A stretch of DNA of 64,000 bases from an uncultured delta proteobacterium (lineage in GTDB: Bacteria > Desulfobacterota > Syntrophorhabdia > Syntrophorhabdales > WCHB1-27), in contig CAWEPK010000009.1 in assembly GCA_963810935.1 (NCBI GenBank), positions 1 through 64,000 on the forward strand, read 5' to 3'. The notes beneath the pieces were generated by a model. The model ran no database searches. It was not told the DNA's origin and was given only the letters and a program-made list of their open reading frames with translations. Shown piece by piece: positions 61,021 to 64,000 of the stretch. Within the stretch, counting starts at the first letter, position 1. Every line of letters starts with the position of its first letter. Position numbers and translations under genes: made by a program.

Positions 61021-61041
61021 GTTAGGGAGGAGTGATACGCC

Positions 61042-61570
61042 TTATTTACTCGTTTTACCGCCCATCTTGGCCTGCATGTCCTGGGCCATCTTCAGGTGGT
61101 CCCGAAGGGTGGGCAGCGTCTTCGCCGCGAATGCCTTCACGTCGTCATCTTTCCCCTTCTTTGACTCGTTTACGAAGGCCTTTATGTCCTCTTTGTGGTC
61201 CTTGACCATCATATCTACATACATACGGTCGAAATCGGCCGCGCTCGCCTTGTTCAGCTTATCCAGGCTGCTCTTGCTCTTCCTGTCGAGCGCCGCGGGC
61301 AGCTTGACGCCTTTGCTGTCTGCGAGCTGCATCAGACTCCGCGTTTCCCTTGCCGTGGTCATCGACCATGCGCTGGCCGAACGCCTTCACCTCGTCGCTC
61401 GTGCCTTTCTGCGCCGCGACTTTGCCTGCCTCGACTTCGAACATACCGCCTACAGCGGCCTCTTTCATGAACTTGGCGTCTTTCGACGGCTCCTTGTCCG
61501 CAGCGTACAAGGCCGATGCAAACACCGCCAGGAACAACGCCGCTACAGTAAGCGCCAACACCCTCTTCAT
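61042..61570 (-). pseudogene. DUF4142-family exported protein split by a +1 frameshift at about 61336
   Basis: AAVGGMFEV..G, FGQRMVDDH, then FDRMY..MVKDH, LPTLRDHL. Removing base 61336 restores NAELMQLA. Confidence 0.85.
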
Positions 61571-61658
61571 TCCCGACCTCCTTGTAATCGTGACCCGGCG
61601 GCGCCGTTTTCGTTATTTTTCCCGGCCCCGCCTTGTGAAACCGGTACGTCCTAACTCC

Positions 61659-61686
61659 ATTATAAGACCGCCCTCCGGGCTGTCAA
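61659..61686 (-). promoter_or_regulatory. Consensus sigma70 promoter of the DUF4142 gene
   Basis: Minus strand TTGACA, 16 nt, TATAAT. Confidence 0.7.
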
Positions 61687-61749
61687 GGGAAGTTCAATCG
61701 ATTTTGAGGAATTCTTCCTAAAGCCGGGATTTACAAGCGGCGCACGTCC

Positions 61750-61779
61750 TTGACAGGGGGTCGCAGAAGCGAATAGAAT
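61750..61779 (+). promoter_or_regulatory. Sigma70-type promoter
   Basis: TTGACA, 18 nt, TAGAAT. Confidence 0.55.
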
Positions 61780-61805
61780 GATGAAAAGCAACAACCCGAG
61801 GCATA

Positions 61806-62807
61806 ATGAATAGAAAAGCCGTCTCTTTGCTATCCGGCGGACTCGACAGCGTCCTTGCCACCAGGCTCGTCAAGGACCAGGGGATCGAAGTAATCGCCCT
61901 CCATTTTACGTCTCCTTTCTGCAACTGCACGGCAAAAGCGGACAAAGGCTGCGGCTTTCAGGCCGTGCGCAGCGCGAGTGAGCTGGGCGTGCAGGTCGCG
62001 GTTAAGGCAAAAGGGCTGGATTACCTGCGTCTCGTCCAATCACCGCCCCACGGTTACGGGCGCAACATGAACCCTTGCATTGACTGCCGCATCTTCATGC
62101 TGAAGGCAGCGCGCACTTTCATGGATGAGATAGGCGCGAGCTTCCTGATCACAGGGGAAGTGCTAGGCCAGAGGCCGATGTCCCAGCGCAGGGACGCAAT
62201 GGCCCTCATCGAAAGAGAGAGCGGCCTCGCAGGTCTCATCCTGCGGCCGCTGTCCGCCCAGCATTTCTCCCCGACGCTGCCCGAGCAGGAAGGGATCGTC
62301 GACAGGCAGAAGCTCCTCGACTTTACGGGCAGGTCGCGGAAAGGTCAGTACAAGCTGGCCAAAGAGTACGACCTGAAGGAGTTCGGCTGCCCCGCCGGTG
62401 GATGCCTGCTGACCGACTCCATCTTCGCCGGCAGGCTCCGCGACCTTTTTCAGTTCAACCCTGACTGCACGATGTACGACGCAGCCCTGCTCAAGACCGG
62501 GCGCCATTTCCGCCTCTCGGAAGAAACCAAGCTGATAGTGGGCCGGGACAAGGCCGAGAATGACCAGATACGGAGCCTTTCGCTCGCGGGCCATATCCTT
62601 ATTACGCCCGTCTCGTTCAAAGGCCCATCTGCGCTCGTGGTCGGACCGGCAAACGACGAGGCAATCCGCACGTCCGCAAACGTCATCGCCTCTTATTCGA
62701 AGGAATGCGCCTTTCCCGTTACCGTGACCGTCACGCCCGGCCGGGGCGAGGCCGAGACGCGCACAGTCGAGCAGGTTTCCTTCGACATCGATAAGCTGAG
62801 GATCTGA
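61806..62807 (+). CDS. ThiI/MnmA-like PP-loop tRNA-modifying protein
   Basis: SGGLDS PP-loop, NPCIDC, TGEVLGQRPMSQ, PAGGCLLT, GRHFR. Confidence 0.85.
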   Translation: MNRKAVSLLSGGLDSVLATRLVKDQGIEVIALHFTSPFCNCTAKADKGCGFQAVRSASELGVQVAVKAKGLDYLRLVQSPPHGYGRNMNPCIDCRIFMLKAARTFMDEIGASFLITGEVLGQRPMSQRRDAMALIERESGLAGLILRPLSAQHFSPTLPEQEGIVDRQKLLDFTGRSRKGQYKLAKEYDLKEFGCPAGGCLLTDSIFAGRLRDLFQFNPDCTMYDAALLKTGRHFRLSEETKLIVGRDKAENDQIRSLSLAGHILITPVSFKGPSALVVGPANDEAIRTSANVIASYSKECAFPVTVTVTPGRGEAETRTVEQVSFDIDKLRI

Positions 62808-62885
62808 GGAAAGGCCCCGCAAGGGCAACGCGCTTCACTTTCGCTTCTTGAAAACGCCATAAGCAGAAGGTAAAATAGGGAAGAC

Positions 62886-62975
62886 GGAGGGATGGCTGAG
62901 CGGCCGAAAGCGGCGGTCTTGAAAACCGTTGGGGGTTTACGCCTCCCGTGGGTTCGAATCCTACTCCCTCCGCCA
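62886..62975 (+). tRNA. tRNA-Ser (anticodon TGA)
   Basis: GGAGGGA acceptor, anticodon loop CT-TGA-AA, long variable arm, GTTCGAATC, TCCCTCCGCCA end. Confidence 0.96.
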
Positions 62976-62993
62976 TACTTTGCCTTAATTTGA

Positions 62994-63100
62994 TTAGGTT
63001 TTTGACCTCTGATGAATCACCTTCCCCCGTGCTCTCATGTTCACTGCTTCCCACAAGCGTCATAACTAGGATGCACGTACCTTTGAGTTGTCCTGACGTT
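62994..63100 (-). pseudogene. C-terminal remnant of a tyrosine integrase
   Basis: NVRTTQRYVHPSYDA, frameshift, EAVNMRARGKVIHQRSKT*. Matches the tail of the 2675-3847 integrase. Confidence 0.8.
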
Positions 63101-63218
63101 CTTTCCATGATACTTTTTCGATGTCATGTCCGTCAGTCGATACCTCAGATAAGCGACCGTCCGTTCTGTCGCCTTTTGCTGGTTGACAATAGGGTTTAAG
63201 TGCTTATTGTAGTTTTTA

Positions 63219-63932
63219 TTGGCAGGTTCGCTCACAAAGATACAAGGCGCCTTGTTGCTTTTAGTCCACGGACACCTCGCTGCCCTTGGTAAAGAGGTAG
63301 GAAGGCAGATCGCTTCGAAAGAGACAGGCTATGGTTTTCGGAGGGATTTGACCGTTGCCTTCAAGACGCCCCCAGCCTTTACACCGCTGACGATAAGGGA
63401 GTTCAAGAAGACGGATATCAACCTTCTTACCCTTGAAAAAACCGGGCGTGGCGATATGACGGCAGTGATAGACCGCATAACCCGAATGAAAACGATAGAG
63501 GCAAGTGTCCCGACCCATATTTACGTAGCGGTCGCAGAGGACGACTCTCCGTGCTTCATTCAGTTTATGATCTCACCCGCCGACAATGATAAGCTGAGGG
63601 CATACTATAAGGGGTATTTCCTCCCTCTTCAGGGAGATGAGTTGCTCCTTGAAGGTGCTTTTGTTCCTGGCTCGTACAGGGGAAAGGGCATAATGGGCTC
63701 CGCCATGTCCCAGATCGCGCAACGGGGCAGGACAATAGGGGCGCGATGGGCGATCACCTATGTCAAGGCATCGAACCTTCCCTCGGTTCGCGGCCGTCTG
63801 GCGTCGGGCTTTCACCCCTATGTCAGAAGGGAGACCACATGGAGGGCGCTCAGTCGGGAAGTTTCCTTTTCTCCATTGAGCGGGGAGGAGATCGGGGAGT
63901 TGGAGGCTTCGTGGAAGACAGGGAAGGCCTAA
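63219..63932 (+). CDS. GNAT-like acetyltransferase-fold protein
   Basis: FVPGSYRGKGI and N.PS....GF GNAT motifs. Start uncertain. Confidence 0.7.
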   Translation: MAGSLTKIQGALLLLVHGHLAALGKEVGRQIASKETGYGFRRDLTVAFKTPPAFTPLTIREFKKTDINLLTLEKTGRGDMTAVIDRITRMKTIEASVPTHIYVAVAEDDSPCFIQFMISPADNDKLRAYYKGYFLPLQGDELLLEGAFVPGSYRGKGIMGSAMSQIAQRGRTIGARWAITYVKASNLPSVRGRLASGFHPYVRRETTWRALSREVSFSPLSGEEIGELEASWKTGKA

Positions 63933-64000
63933 GGCTTCGACCACCTTATTGAATAAGTTATTGATAACAGGAAATATGTTATAAGACGGTAGGGGTCGAT

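Noticed and set aside
10417..62975. One 52-kb element bounded by the two tRNA-Ser 3' ends
   Set aside because: The T-stems differ, a 3' fragment should lie downstream of its parent tRNA, and the interval contains housekeeping genes

Overview
Bacterial chromosome window. Gene content (many Liv-type ABC systems, URO-D and LarA-family proteins, TTT transporter) resembles an anaerobic deltaproteobacterium or Desulfobacterota member; this is inference only. Positions 1-10444 are the right part of an integrated element. It carries a probable terminase small subunit, a GpA-type terminase large subunit, an unknown ORF and a Zn-finger tyrosine integrase, with no portal, capsid or tail genes in the window. 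Cargo genes follow, and the element ends at a tRNA-Ser 3' fragment (att-like). The core region holds two back-to-back Liv-type ABC operons ending in a URO-D-family gene and a highly atypical LarA homologue. It also holds an urtABCDE-PII-ureABCEFGD-PII-like-REC urea operon with two non-canonical PII proteins, a nitroreductase, an IlvD-family dehydratase, a UvrD/PcrA helicase, rsmE, UDP-sugar genes, an ECF sigma module, tctCBA, mgsA and a ThiI-like gene. tRNA-Ser(TGA) near the right end is followed by an integrase remnant of the same family as the left-hand integrase. A modular hairpin repeat occurs at two loci. Three genes are split by +1 insertions, two of them in the same 7-mer context.
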